A DNA stretch of 20,770 bases, taken from assembly GCA_033723415.1 (NCBI GenBank), contig JAWVXD010000014.1, forward strand, positions 1 through 20,770, given 5' to 3'. Shown here one piece after another: positions 1 through 9,651 of the stretch. The DNA is from Sulfurospirillaceae bacterium (GTDB lineage Bacteria > Campylobacterota > Campylobacteria > Campylobacterales > Sulfurospirillaceae). The position numbers and the translations under genes are program-made. Numbering within the stretch: the stretch's first letter is position 1; every line of letters begins with the position of its first letter. Under the pieces are notes generated by a model. The model searched no databases, was not told the DNA's origin, and was given only the letters and a program-made list of their open reading frames with translations.

Positions 1-130
1 ATTTCAAAGATTGAATAATTTAACATTAATAAATTGTAATGAACTTGAACCCCTATAAACTGGGACTCTTTAACACCCGTTCTCTCAAACGAGGACGAAA
101 TTATATACAATCAATCCTTAGAGCTTGCTT
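1..130 (-). promoter_or_regulatory. Probable rRNA (stable RNA) operon promoter and leader, transcribed off the left edge of the window
   Basis: The minus strand reads ...CTAAGGATTGATTGTA-TATAAT-TTCGTCCTCG..., a perfect -10 box (100-105) followed by a GC-richer discriminator-like segment. A non-coding leader follows and ends in CAATCTTTGAAAT (1-13), which is boxA-like and resembles, from memory, Campylobacterota 16S leaders. The RNA gene itself is not in the window. Confidence 0.55.
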
Positions 131-133
131 AGA

Positions 134-153
134 TTCTGAAACGATTTTCAGAA
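134..153. repeat. Perfect 8-bp inverted repeat TTCTGAAA-cgat-TTTCAGAA
   Basis: Seen directly, 10 nt past the stop of the prepilin-like gene. It has no U-tract, so it could be a weak terminator or a protein-binding site. Confidence 0.4.
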
Positions 154-163
154 AGATTAAAAT

Positions 164-820
164 TTATAAAATATGAGCATAACCGGTCTCTGGTTCAACT
201 GCAATTGTCACATTATTATCACCGTCTGAAAGCAATATGTCACAAGCTGTTGTAAGTAGTTTATGATATCCAGCAGATGGCAACTCATATGGTAAGGTCA
301 CAGGAAAAGAATTGAATGGTCTGCCAAGTGAGTCAAAACTTATATAATGTACAGTTGATCTGCATCCACCGCTAAATTGCACAGTTGTTATACCGTACTT
401 ATGTCCTAGATTTAAATCTTTAGTAGCTTCTGCATCTCCATATTGTATCAAACCCGTTCCGCTGGTGCCACCGGTAAGATACTTTGTAGGGTCTAGAGGA
501 TTTGTTGCTATTTCTCCAGTATCAGGATTGCCTTGGTGAGTATTTTTCCAATCTGAAAATATTGTGTATGCCCATTGATCGTCACTTCCGGTGTTATTAT
601 AGAAGTGTATCTGCCATCTTCCTTTGAACCATTTTGAATCACTTGTATCAAATCTGTCATTCATCATGGCCAAATGTTGAGTGTATCGTATGTGACTTAT
701 AACTTGGTCTGCGGCTTCTTTTACGGAGCTTCTTTGAAAATTTGGAGCTATCATGGCAGATAAAATACCGACTATTATTATTACAAATATTAGTTCCAAC
801 ATAGTAAATGCTTTTTTCAT
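164..820 (-). CDS. Prepilin-type N-terminal cleavage/methylation domain protein (minor pilin / T2SS pseudopilin, FimT/GspH-like)
   Basis: Class III signal peptide MKKA|FTMLE (F+1, E+5) followed by a hydrophobic helix. It also has the FimT/GspH-like FDSLGRP motif and two C-terminal Cys. Confidence 0.85.
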   Translation of the reverse strand: MKKAFTMLELIFVIIIVGILSAMIAPNFQRSSVKEAADQVISHIRYTQHLAMMNDRFDTSDSKWFKGRWQIHFYNNTGSDDQWAYTIFSDWKNTHQGNPDTGEIATNPLDPTKYLTGGTSGTGLIQYGDAEATKDLNLGHKYGITTVQFSGGCRSTVHYISFDSLGRPFNSFPVTLPYELPSAGYHKLLTTACDILLSDGDNNVTIAVEPETGYAHIL

Positions 821-823
821 GAC

Positions 824-2011
824 CTACTCTTTATATATATAAAATCTTGCTACAATTGTACCATAATATGCTATTGTTATCGTATTGTCAACTTTTGTTC
901 CATATGATCTTGTGTCTAAGATATCATCACCGCCATATTTTATACCGTAAAATTTAAGTCTCAACCTTAAATTATTATCCAGCGTATTGATCTCATGTAT
1001 ATTTAATGCTTTAAGTCTATTAGATAATTCTTTTGCAATCTCGTATTTATATGCGAAATGTCTTTGTGGATTTTCATATAACGCATATAGCGGTTTGTTT
1101 ACAAAGATAAAAAATGTATTTACTATCAAAAAAACCACAACAAATACAGATATAACTTTATGCCATCTTCTATATTGCGGAAGTCTAACTCTATAACTGT
1201 TCAAAAAGACTTTCACCATAAGCGGTATGGCTAAAATAACAAATGGAGCAAAATCCTCTAGGTGAAGTCTCTGTCTTAAAGATAAAAATAGAGAAAACAT
1301 AAGTGCTACAAAAGATATATACCAAAGTAAACTTTTTTCTTCTTTGATCAATATCCTATACAAAGTATAAACATAATATAAAAAAAGAAAAGGTGAAAAT
1401 ATTGCAGAGTATACTCCCATAGTATCTAAGAAGTAACCTTTTGGCTTGCCGCTGTCATCAAATCCATAAATAGACATAGATAATCCAAAAAGGATTAAAG
1501 CAAAAACCAACATCTTATTATCTTTTTTAGATATAGCATAAAAGAATAAAGACAAATAAAGAACTGAAAAAGAATTATCTACAAATAAGGCAAGAATAAG
1601 CACTAAATATGAATATGATTTGTACTCATGCATATATAAGAAAACAAATAAAAGAGTTATAAATATCACAAGGGATGCAGAGTTAACTAAGATTGCTGCT
1701 GAATTGATTCCAGGAAGAAGTGCAAATATAGCAGTAGAAAGGACTCTGTCACTTTTTCTTTTTAAAAAAAGTTTTCCTATTTTATAGATCAAAAACAATG
1801 AAAAGACATGTAATATAATAAAAGGCAATCTGAGGGCCAAGTCATTTTGTCCTAAGATTCCTGTAAAAATATGTGAAAAGTAGTATAGTAAACTATGAGC
1901 GCCAAAATATATCTGTGCCTCGCCATTTGATATTGAAACGGATTGTGTTTCAAGTAGCAAACACAGAGAACTCACAAAAAGAATAAAAAAAATCTGTAAG
2001 TTTTCTTTCAT
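824..2011 (-). CDS. Polytopic membrane protein, ArnT/PMT (GT-C, family 39/83-like) glycosyltransferase-like
   Basis: About 10 hydrophobic segments, an early 'SISNGEA' acidic loop and the 'ILGQNDLALRLPF' motif typical of PMT_2/ArnT-like proteins. Its start overlaps the upstream gene's stop (ATGA, 2008-2011). Confidence 0.65.
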   Translation of the reverse strand: MKENLQIFFILFVSSLCLLLETQSVSISNGEAQIYFGAHSLLYYFSHIFTGILGQNDLALRLPFIILHVFSLFLIYKIGKLFLKRKSDRVLSTAIFALLPGINSAAILVNSASLVIFITLLFVFLYMHEYKSYSYLVLILALFVDNSFSVLYLSLFFYAISKKDNKMLVFALILFGLSMSIYGFDDSGKPKGYFLDTMGVYSAIFSPFLFLYYVYTLYRILIKEEKSLLWYISFVALMFSLFLSLRQRLHLEDFAPFVILAIPLMVKVFLNSYRVRLPQYRRWHKVISVFVVVFLIVNTFFIFVNKPLYALYENPQRHFAYKYEIAKELSNRLKALNIHEINTLDNNLRLRLKFYGIKYGGDDILDTRSYGTKVDNTITIAYYGTIVARFYIYKE

Positions 2012-2577
2012 ATCTTTAAAAAATTATCCAAAATTTCATAGCCATATTCACTTAATATCGACTCAGGATGAAACTGTACACCGTATATGTTCTTGCCTTT
2101 TACTTCAATAGACATGATCTCATTATCATCCATACTATATGATGTCGGAATAATATCCTCCGGTAGATCTTTTTTTTCAACTGTCAAAGAGTGATATCTT
2201 GTCATAGTAAAAACTTCAGGCAAACCTTTGAATATACAAGTATCTTTGCTTTTGTGGATTTTTGAAGTTTTTCCATGCATCATATTCTCCGCTCGCACTA
2301 CTTTTCCCCCAAAAGCCTGAGCTATGGCTTGATGTCCCAAACAAATCCCTAGAATCGGCAACTTGTCTTTGAAATGTTCGATCACTTCAAGCGTCACACC
2401 TGCATCATCTGGAGTCGCAGGGCCTGGAGAGAGGATAATCTTCTGTGGATTTAGTGCTTCTATCTCTTTAACACTCATTTCATCGTTGCGTATAACTTTT
2501 AAATCAGCCCCAAGTTCTAGACAATACTGAACGATGTTATAAGTAAAGCTGTCATAATTATCAATCATTAAAATCAT
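2008..2577 (-). CDS. pabA: Aminodeoxychorismate/anthranilate synthase component II (class I glutamine amidotransferase, PabA/TrpG)
   Basis: Motifs IDNYDSFTYN, LSPGP, GICLGHQ (catalytic Cys), RYHSL and QFHPES (His/Glu). PabA and TrpG cannot be told apart from sequence alone. Confidence 0.93.
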   Translation of the reverse strand: MILMIDNYDSFTYNIVQYCLELGADLKVIRNDEMSVKEIEALNPQKIILSPGPATPDDAGVTLEVIEHFKDKLPILGICLGHQAIAQAFGGKVVRAENMMHGKTSKIHKSKDTCIFKGLPEVFTMTRYHSLTVEKKDLPEDIIPTSYSMDDNEIMSIEVKGKNIYGVQFHPESILSEYGYEILDNFLKI

Positions 2578-2623
2578 TTATACCCCAATCAAACCCTTTA
2601 TAAACTCTTGAAGTCAAGGGTAT

Positions 2624-2629
2624 ATTATA
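2624..2629 (-). promoter_or_regulatory. Candidate sigma70 -10 box (TATAAT) for the pabA operon
   Basis: ATTATA on the + strand, i.e. TATAAT on the - strand, 46 nt upstream of the pabA start in the divergent intergenic region. Confidence 0.5.
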
Positions 2630-2830
2630 CTTATTTTTGTATTAATTTACAATCGTCTAGTCTTGTATATTCTACAGTATTAAAACATTTAAGACTTTTT
2701 TGCTCTATCGAAAGAGGACAAGGTAATAAAGTTCTTATTAATATTAGTACGGACAATCAATTACTAACCTTATTTATGGCTACAATGATTCTATTTTACT
2801 GACTGCACTATCATAATTTTACGCCATTCA

Positions 2831-2884
2831 TAGAGACAAAATGGTTCCTTATTATGATCTATTATGTCTCTAAAAAGGAACCAT
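2831..2884. promoter_or_regulatory. Interleaved double inverted repeat upstream of the PAS-GGDEF-EAL gene (candidate regulator boxes or alternative RNA hairpins)
   Basis: TAGAGACA (2831-2838) pairs with TGTCTCTA (2865-2872), and ATGGTTCCTT (2841-2850) pairs with AAGGAACCAT (2875-2884). The element ends 64 nt before the ATG. Confidence 0.5.
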
Positions 2885-2948
2885 AAAAACGATAGAGTAT
2901 TAGAGAATATTAAAAATAAAATAGAGCCGATCAAGATGGAGAAATCAA

Positions 2949-5900
2949 ATGATTAATAAAGAAAAATATTTTGATAAACTAAAAAATATCTTTGATAATA
3001 TAAAAGTTGGTATTGCGATGTGTAATGCCAATAACAATCAATTAGAAATCGTCAATACGGCTTTTGCAAACCTTTATGGATATGAACCTCATGAGCTTAT
3101 AGGTCTTCCTAATAGTAAAATTTTCACACCTGATTGTATATTAAAATTAGAGAAACACGGAAAAAATCCATCAAATGCCATAAACGATATAACATTTGAA
3201 ACTGTACATTATAAAAAAGATGGCTCTTCTATAGATGTTTTTGTACACATAACAATGCTTATAGATGCAAAAGGAGATATCAAACATCGTGTAGCAAATG
3301 TGCGAGATATCACTAAAGAGAAGAGAGAGAGGGAAAAGCTACAAAACAGTGAAAATAAACGTAAAAAAATTGAAACACAGTTTGCATCACTTGGTTCAAT
3401 CATTCCAGATATCATCTGGATGAAAGATATTGATGGTCATTATATTTACTGTAACAGTGCTTTTGAAAGCTTTTTTAGCACATCTAAAGAAAACATTTTT
3501 GGTAAGAACGATTATGCTCTTTTTGATAAAAATGTGGCAGACCCTTGTAAACAAACGGATATGGAGACGATATCAACCGAAACTATAAATATCAATCAAA
3601 AAACATTTATAAATCCAGACGATAAAACATCAAGAATTATGGAAATTAGAAAAATCCCTCTTATTAATGATATGAAAAAGGTCATAGGAATACTTGGAAT
3701 AGGAAGAGACTTAACAGATCACATCAAGCATCAAAATCAGCTCATTAAAATGGAATTCTTTCTCAAACACATAAAAGAGAGCATATTTTTAGTCACGGAA
3801 AACGGGAAATTTGAATATGTTAACGAGCAAGCTTGCAAAGTATTGGGTTATACAAAGAAGGAACTTTTCTCACTTTGTATAAAGGATATCGCTAAAGGAT
3901 TTAATGCAGATATCTGGGCGAGCCATTGGGAATATATGAAAACACATGGTTCTCAAACTATTGAAAGGGTACATATAAGAAAAGACGGTACGTATTTTCC
4001 GGTGGAGATCAATGCAAACTATTTCTTGCTTGAAAATAAAAGCTATAATCTTGCTATAGTTCGTGACATTTCACAAAAAAAAAGGCAGGAAGATCTACTT
4101 CTTCAAAAAGAGAAAGAGCTTAACGCTCTTTCTGACAACCTTCCAGGATTTGTTTATACATATCGGCTTTCATCAGACAAACAAGAAGAATTTTTATATG
4201 TTTCAAAAGGTATAATAGACGTTTACGGCATTTCTCCGCAAAATGCACTCAAAGACATTAACACGGTAAGAGAGATAATCCATCATGAAGATATAGCAAA
4301 TTTTCGTGCATCCATTATAAAATCCGCTCAAACATTAGATGCCTTTAATGTTGAATTTCGAGTTAATCATCCCTTCAAAGGAAAGCTATGGCTTGAATCA
4401 AAAGCTATTCCAGAAAATCCCTCTCCAGATGGTAGTATAATTTGGCATGGGATTACAGTGGATATAACCAAACGTAAAAAACAAGAAAAAGCATTAGCCC
4501 AAAAAGAGGAGGAGTACCGCTCCTTGGCAGAAAATATACCTGACAATATTGCCCGTTGGGATGTGAAGGGTCGTTATCTCTATATCAATCCTACTCATGA
4601 ACGCCTTTTGGGGATGAGCCTCTCAGAGGCAATCGGTAACTTTATACCAGATAGTCATACTGAAGTAAAATCGGCTATAGCAAAGGTCGTAGCGACCAAA
4701 GAAGAGGTAAGCATACAGCAAAAAGTGCCGAGGGAAAACGGTGAAATAGAGATACACGATGTTTCCTTGGTACCGGAGTTCGACGAGACAGGAGAAGTTG
4801 TCAGCGTACTTGGAATCGGTAGAAATATTACCAAACAAAAGCGTTCCGAAGAACACTTACAAAAGACTAAAGCAAAACTATCCGCAGTAATCTCTACTAT
4901 TCCTGATTTAGTCTGGGTAAAAGATAAAAACGGCGTATATATGATGTGCAACCCTTCATTCGAGAATTTTTTCGGTGCAAAGAGCGATGAGATTATTGGT
5001 AAAACCGATTATGATTTTCTCTCTAAAGAGCAGGCAGACTTTTTCCGTCAAAAAGACAAAGAGGCGATGGATGCAGGAGAGATGCGTATTAATGAAGAGG
5101 AGATTGTCTTCGCACATAATGGACAGTACGCCCTTTTAGAAACCCGAAAAATTCCTGTTTACAACGGCACTGAGTTTATGGGAGTTCTTGGAATAGGTCG
5201 AGATATTACAGAAAGAAAAGTGATGGAAGAGCAATTGTTTGAACAAAATCAGTTCCTTGATTCACTGCTCAACGCCATTCCCGTACCGGTTTTCTATAAG
5301 GACAAAGAAACAAGATACAAAGGATTTAATAAAGCCTTCGAAGAGTTTTATGGCAAGAAGAAAGAGGAGCTAATAGGGAAAGGGGTTTTTGACATCTTCC
5401 CTCGTGAACAAGCACAAGTTTTCTTTGATGCGGATGCGGACCTATTTCGCAATGGTGGAACCCAAATATATGAGACAAAATTACGCGATACTCAGGGAAT
5501 CGATCATGATGTGATGTTTCATAAAGCAGTTTATTTCGACACGGCAGGAACGGCTGTAGGTCTAATCGGTACTATTTTGGATATTACAGAACGAAAAGCA
5601 AAAGAAGAAGAACTGCTTTTGCAAAAATTCGCCCTCAATAAGATAAATGAAGCAGCCTACCTTATAGATGAGAACTCAATGTTTCATTATGTCAATGAAG
5701 CGGCATGTCGGGATTTAGGCTATAGCGCAGAAGAGTTTCTTACAATGGGAGTTATTCATATTGACCCGAATGTCCCAATTGAGTGGTGGGAAGAGCATTG
5801 GAAAGAGATTAAAAAATCAGGAACTACTCTTGGTGTAACTGAACACCGACGAAAAGACGGAACTATCTTCCCTGTAGAAGTAAGTTCCAATTATTTTGAA

Positions 5901-8900
5901 TACAACGGCATGTCGTACTCTCTTGCTATTGCCCGTGACATTACCGATCGTAAAGAGATTGAAGAAGCGCTCAAAACAAGTGAGCAAAAATTCCGTACGC
6001 TTATAGAAAATGCGACCGATAATATTATCCGTTACGATAAAGAAGCGCGTATAATCTATATAAATCCACAACTAGAAAAAGTGCTGGATATTCCTTCAGA
6101 ATTAGTCCTTGGGACAACCCCGACCGAGCATAGAAACTATGGCATATGTGACCAATATGAAATAGAACTCAAAAAAGTCATCGCTACAGGAGAAAATGCG
6201 CACACTTACATCACTCTCCCGGATATAGGCAACGGTGAACAGTACCACTACATTCAAATCGTAGCCGAGCGCGATGTTGATGGTCATATTATCGGTGCTA
6301 TCGCATTTGGAAGAGATGTTACCGAACTCACCAATAAAACCATTGAACTGCAAAAATCTTTAGAGTTTAACGAAGGAGTTATCGCAGCCATTCCAGATCT
6401 GCTCTTTGAAATTGCACCTGATGGTACATATGTCGGAGTATGGGCACAAAATCCTGAACTTCTTGTAGCTCAAAGAGATATGCTTTTGGGTAACGACTTT
6501 AAAGAGATACTTCCACCTGATGTTGTTATCACATTGCTACAAACACTCAAAGAAGTGGATGAAAAAGGGTTTTCTCTGGGAAATACCTTTAGTCTTGAGC
6601 TCCCTGATGGCAAACGATGGTTTGAACTTTCAGTAAGCAAGAAAAAATCAAGCGGAAATTATATAATTTTATCTCGTGATATAACCGAGCGAAAAAGACA
6701 AGAGGAGCTTCTACGCCAAAAAGAGCAGGAGTTTCGGACACTTGCAGAGAACTCGCCGGATGTGATCGTTCGATATGATTCAAATCTTAAGCGGGTGTAT
6801 GCAAACCCTGCATATGCAAAAATAAACAATATGCCCGTAGATGAAGTCTTGGGCAAAACCCCTGAAGAAAAAGCCGGACGTATAGCGCCAATGGCTACAG
6901 CTTTTGAAGCAAAACTCAAAGAAGTCATAAAAACTGGGCAAAATGCGGAGATGGAAATAACATGGCAGGATGAAGGCAATAACGCCGTCTGGTTTAACAT
7001 TCGCATTGTCCCAGAATATGATGTAAGCGATAAGATTATCGGTGCCCTTAGCCTTGCAAGCGATATAACCGAACATAAAGAACATGAAAAAGTTCTATTG
7101 AAACAAGAACAAGAGTTTAGAACATTGATAGAAAACTCTCCCGATATCATAACCCGTTATGACCTAGAATGCCGCAGAATCTATGTAAACCCCAGGATGC
7201 AACAGCTGTTGGGCAGATCAAAAGAGGAGATCCTAGGTAAAAAACCTTCGGATTTTTCTCCTCTTTCAAAAGATATCCAAATTGAAGAAAAGATTCTTTT
7301 GGTAGCTAAAACGGGCAAAGAGATGCTTATGGAAGTAGATTATGTTACTCCGACAGGTGTTCAAGGTTATGGACATTTAAGAATAGTACCGGAGTTTGAC
7401 AAAGAGGGGCAAGTTGTAAGCATACTCACTATCGGGCATGATATTACCGAACGAAAAGAGATGGAAAGAATGATATTGGCACGCGAGTATGAGTTTAGAA
7501 CTTTGGCGGAAAACTCTCCTAACATTATTATGAGATACAACACGAAATGCGAGCGAACCTATGTAAACGGCGCCTATATACAACAAACCGGTATCCCTAA
7601 AGAGCAGGCCGAAAACAGCACACCGGACAAGCAATGGGGTGTGTATATTCATATGACGAGCATGAATGCGCAAGAGTATCAAGAAAGGGTCTTAAAAGTA
7701 ATACAAACTGGTACACAGGATCAATTTATCATAGCATGGCACAGACTGAGTGATAATGTATATGTCGCACATGAACTACATGTTGTAGCAGAAAAGGATA
7801 TGCATGGCAATATTATAGGTGCTTTAGCAATCGGTCACAATATAACAAAACATCAAGAATTAGAAGAAAATCTTAACGCAGCCCTCTTAAAACTGGAACA
7901 ATTTATCAATAATATTCCAGAAGTCGCATGGATAAGAGATGACAAATATCGCTTCATTATGGCAAATAAAGTAATTGCCGATCAATTAAAAGTTGATTCT
8001 ATTGATGATGTACTTGGAAAGTCAATTGAGGATTTTTTTCCATCAGATAAAGCAAAAGAATATATAAAAAGTGATTACATAGTATTGAATGAGGGAATTA
8101 CTTTAAGAACAGAGGAAGTTTTTGTTTCGGAAAATGGAGAAGTATCATGGACAGAAACTATCAAAAATCCATTTAGAAATGCTTCAGGGGAGATCATTGG
8201 TATAATCGGTACTGAAAGAGATATTACAGAGCGCAAAATCATAGAAAAACAAATCAATCATATGGCCCATCATGATGCACTAACAGGATTGCCAAATCGT
8301 ATTCTGGCGACCGACAAAGTAGAGCAAGCACTTAAACTTGCAAAGAAGAACAACACAAAAATGGCACTTCTTTTTTTAGACTTAGATGAATTTAAGACTA
8401 TCAATGATTCTATGGGACATTCATATGGAGACGAGATACTCAAATTGGTTGCTTCACGACTTCAAAGTGTCGTAAGAGGAGGTGATTCGGTCTGTAGACA
8501 AGGTGGTGATGAGTTTTTGATCATCCTCTCAGATATACAAGATACAAACTGCATTATACATATTGTAGAAAAAATTTTACAAGAGTTTGAAAAGCAATGT
8601 GATATGGGAGAATATCATTTTTATACATCTGCTTCGATCGGAATCGCTGTGTATCCGGAACATGGAAATTCTTTTGAAACTTTGTTCCAAAATGCAGATA
8701 CAGCTATGTACAAAGCTAAGGATACAGGAAAGAATACTTTTTCTTTTTTCACAGAACAAATGAAACATTTTCTAATCGGAAAATTTAAACTTCAAAATGA
8801 TCTTAAAAAAGCTATACTAAACAATGAATTCATCTTACATTACCAACCACAAATAAGTCGTATAAACGGTAGAATTGTGGGAGCAGAAGCATTGATCCGT

Positions 8901-9581
8901 TGGAAACATCCTCAAATAGGAATAATACCTCCTATGGATTTTATACCAATTGCAGAATCCAGCGGACTCATCGTTAAGATAGGGGAATGGGTAATCCAAG
9001 AAGCATGTAAACAAGCAGCCCTTTGGAATAAACAAGGTATGAATATATGTATCGCCGTCAATATATCCGCACTACAATTCAAACGTGGAAATTTTAAAGA
9101 AGTTATCATTGAAGCACTCTCTTCTTCAGGGTTAGACCCTAATTTCTTAGAATTGGAGCTTACAGAGTCAATAATGATCAATGAAGCTGACAATATTCTG
9201 CAAGTAGTCAAAGCTCTCAAAAAATTGGGCATTCAACTCTCTATTGATGATTTTGGCACAGGCTATTCAAGTCTAGCATACCTTAAAAGATTTGCTATTG
9301 ATAAGTTAAAAATAGATAAATCCTTTATACAAGATATTGTACATGATAATGATGATGCGATCATCGTCAAAACAATTATTCAAATGGCAAAAAATCTCAA
9401 TCTGAAAACGGTGGCAGAAGGAGTCGAGAATCAAGAAGTCCTTGCTATATTAGACTCTTATGGATGTGACGAGATACAAGGATATTATTTTTCTAGACCT
9501 CTTGAAACGACTAAATTTGAAGAATATTATCATAAATATAACAAACAAAAAAATTCTTATAGAGATAAATATAAAAATTAA
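2949..9581 (+). CDS. Giant cytoplasmic diguanylate cyclase/phosphodiesterase: 14 x PAS/PAC - GGDEF - EAL (2210 aa)
   Basis: GGAG RBS at 2938-2941. Fourteen PAS units end in (D/N)(I/L/V)(T/S) linkers (about 2970-8240). The catalytic region has HDALTGLPNR, the RxxD I-site (RGGD, 8475-8486), GGDEF (8502-8516), EAL (8886-8894), DDFGTGYSSL, KID, AEGVE and QGYY. No transmembrane segment. Confidence 0.96.
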   Translation: MINKEKYFDKLKNIFDNIKVGIAMCNANNNQLEIVNTAFANLYGYEPHELIGLPNSKIFTPDCILKLEKHGKNPSNAINDITFETVHYKKDGSSIDVFVHITMLIDAKGDIKHRVANVRDITKEKREREKLQNSENKRKKIETQFASLGSIIPDIIWMKDIDGHYIYCNSAFESFFSTSKENIFGKNDYALFDKNVADPCKQTDMETISTETININQKTFINPDDKTSRIMEIRKIPLINDMKKVIGILGIGRDLTDHIKHQNQLIKMEFFLKHIKESIFLVTENGKFEYVNEQACKVLGYTKKELFSLCIKDIAKGFNADIWASHWEYMKTHGSQTIERVHIRKDGTYFPVEINANYFLLENKSYNLAIVRDISQKKRQEDLLLQKEKELNALSDNLPGFVYTYRLSSDKQEEFLYVSKGIIDVYGISPQNALKDINTVREIIHHEDIANFRASIIKSAQTLDAFNVEFRVNHPFKGKLWLESKAIPENPSPDGSIIWHGITVDITKRKKQEKALAQKEEEYRSLAENIPDNIARWDVKGRYLYINPTHERLLGMSLSEAIGNFIPDSHTEVKSAIAKVVATKEEVSIQQKVPRENGEIEIHDVSLVPEFDETGEVVSVLGIGRNITKQKRSEEHLQKTKAKLSAVISTIPDLVWVKDKNGVYMMCNPSFENFFGAKSDEIIGKTDYDFLSKEQADFFRQKDKEAMDAGEMRINEEEIVFAHNGQYALLETRKIPVYNGTEFMGVLGIGRDITERKVMEEQLFEQNQFLDSLLNAIPVPVFYKDKETRYKGFNKAFEEFYGKKKEELIGKGVFDIFPREQAQVFFDADADLFRNGGTQIYETKLRDTQGIDHDVMFHKAVYFDTAGTAVGLIGTILDITERKAKEEELLLQKFALNKINEAAYLIDENSMFHYVNEAACRDLGYSAEEFLTMGVIHIDPNVPIEWWEEHWKEIKKSGTTLGVTEHRRKDGTIFPVEVSSNYFEYNGMSYSLAIARDITDRKEIEEALKTSEQKFRTLIENATDNIIRYDKEARIIYINPQLEKVLDIPSELVLGTTPTEHRNYGICDQYEIELKKVIATGENAHTYITLPDIGNGEQYHYIQIVAERDVDGHIIGAIAFGRDVTELTNKTIELQKSLEFNEGVIAAIPDLLFEIAPDGTYVGVWAQNPELLVAQRDMLLGNDFKEILPPDVVITLLQTLKEVDEKGFSLGNTFSLELPDGKRWFELSVSKKKSSGNYIILSRDITERKRQEELLRQKEQEFRTLAENSPDVIVRYDSNLKRVYANPAYAKINNMPVDEVLGKTPEEKAGRIAPMATAFEAKLKEVIKTGQNAEMEITWQDEGNNAVWFNIRIVPEYDVSDKIIGALSLASDITEHKEHEKVLLKQEQEFRTLIENSPDIITRYDLECRRIYVNPRMQQLLGRSKEEILGKKPSDFSPLSKDIQIEEKILLVAKTGKEMLMEVDYVTPTGVQGYGHLRIVPEFDKEGQVVSILTIGHDITERKEMERMILAREYEFRTLAENSPNIIMRYNTKCERTYVNGAYIQQTGIPKEQAENSTPDKQWGVYIHMTSMNAQEYQERVLKVIQTGTQDQFIIAWHRLSDNVYVAHELHVVAEKDMHGNIIGALAIGHNITKHQELEENLNAALLKLEQFINNIPEVAWIRDDKYRFIMANKVIADQLKVDSIDDVLGKSIEDFFPSDKAKEYIKSDYIVLNEGITLRTEEVFVSENGEVSWTETIKNPFRNASGEIIGIIGTERDITERKIIEKQINHMAHHDALTGLPNRILATDKVEQALKLAKKNNTKMALLFLDLDEFKTINDSMGHSYGDEILKLVASRLQSVVRGGDSVCRQGGDEFLIILSDIQDTNCIIHIVEKILQEFEKQCDMGEYHFYTSASIGIAVYPEHGNSFETLFQNADTAMYKAKDTGKNTFSFFTEQMKHFLIGKFKLQNDLKKAILNNEFILHYQPQISRINGRIVGAEALIRWKHPQIGIIPPMDFIPIAESSGLIVKIGEWVIQEACKQAALWNKQGMNICIAVNISALQFKRGNFKEVIIEALSSSGLDPNFLELELTESIMINEADNILQVVKALKKLGIQLSIDDFGTGYSSLAYLKRFAIDKLKIDKSFIQDIVHDNDDAIIVKTIIQMAKNLNLKTVAEGVENQEVLAILDSYGCDEIQGYYFSRPLETTKFEEYYHKYNKQKNSYRDKYKN
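5937..6691 (+). repeat. Copy 1 of a 755-bp direct repeat encoding two PAS domains (PAS9-10 of the GGDEF-EAL protein)
   Basis: Aligns without gaps to 14394-15148 (offset 8457), with about 98 mismatches in 755 nt by hand count (about 87% identity). Confidence 0.93.
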
Positions 9582-9651
9582 TCATGAGCAAATATAAAAT
9601 TAGATAAAATATTATTTTAATATATCATAATTTATACTTAGAGTTATTATC

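Noticed and set aside
66..75. CTCTTTAACA, matching the E. coli boxA core on the + strand
   Set aside because: Its orientation is opposite to the TATAAT promoter and it points into the 3' end of a minus-strand gene, so it is probably chance.
2608..2802. 64-aa ORF in the divergent intergenic region
   Set aside because: TTG start, no RBS, no motif, and it overlaps the likely pabA promoter.
2578..2948. Possible known c-di-GMP or preQ1 riboswitch upstream of the GGDEF-EAL gene
   Set aside because: I could not find the c-di-GMP-I (GEMM) or preQ1 consensus by eye. Only the unexplained interleaved repeat is reported.
4075..4083. A9 tract (and A8 at 10111-10118) as phase-variation sites
   Set aside because: Short A runs are expected in AT-rich, Lys-rich coding DNA. 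The frames are intact and there are no long poly-G/C tracts.
9605..9619. Palindrome TAAAATA-T-TATTTTA between the GGDEF-EAL and regulator genes
   Set aside because: It is pure A/T in a very AT-rich spacer and not distinguishable from chance.
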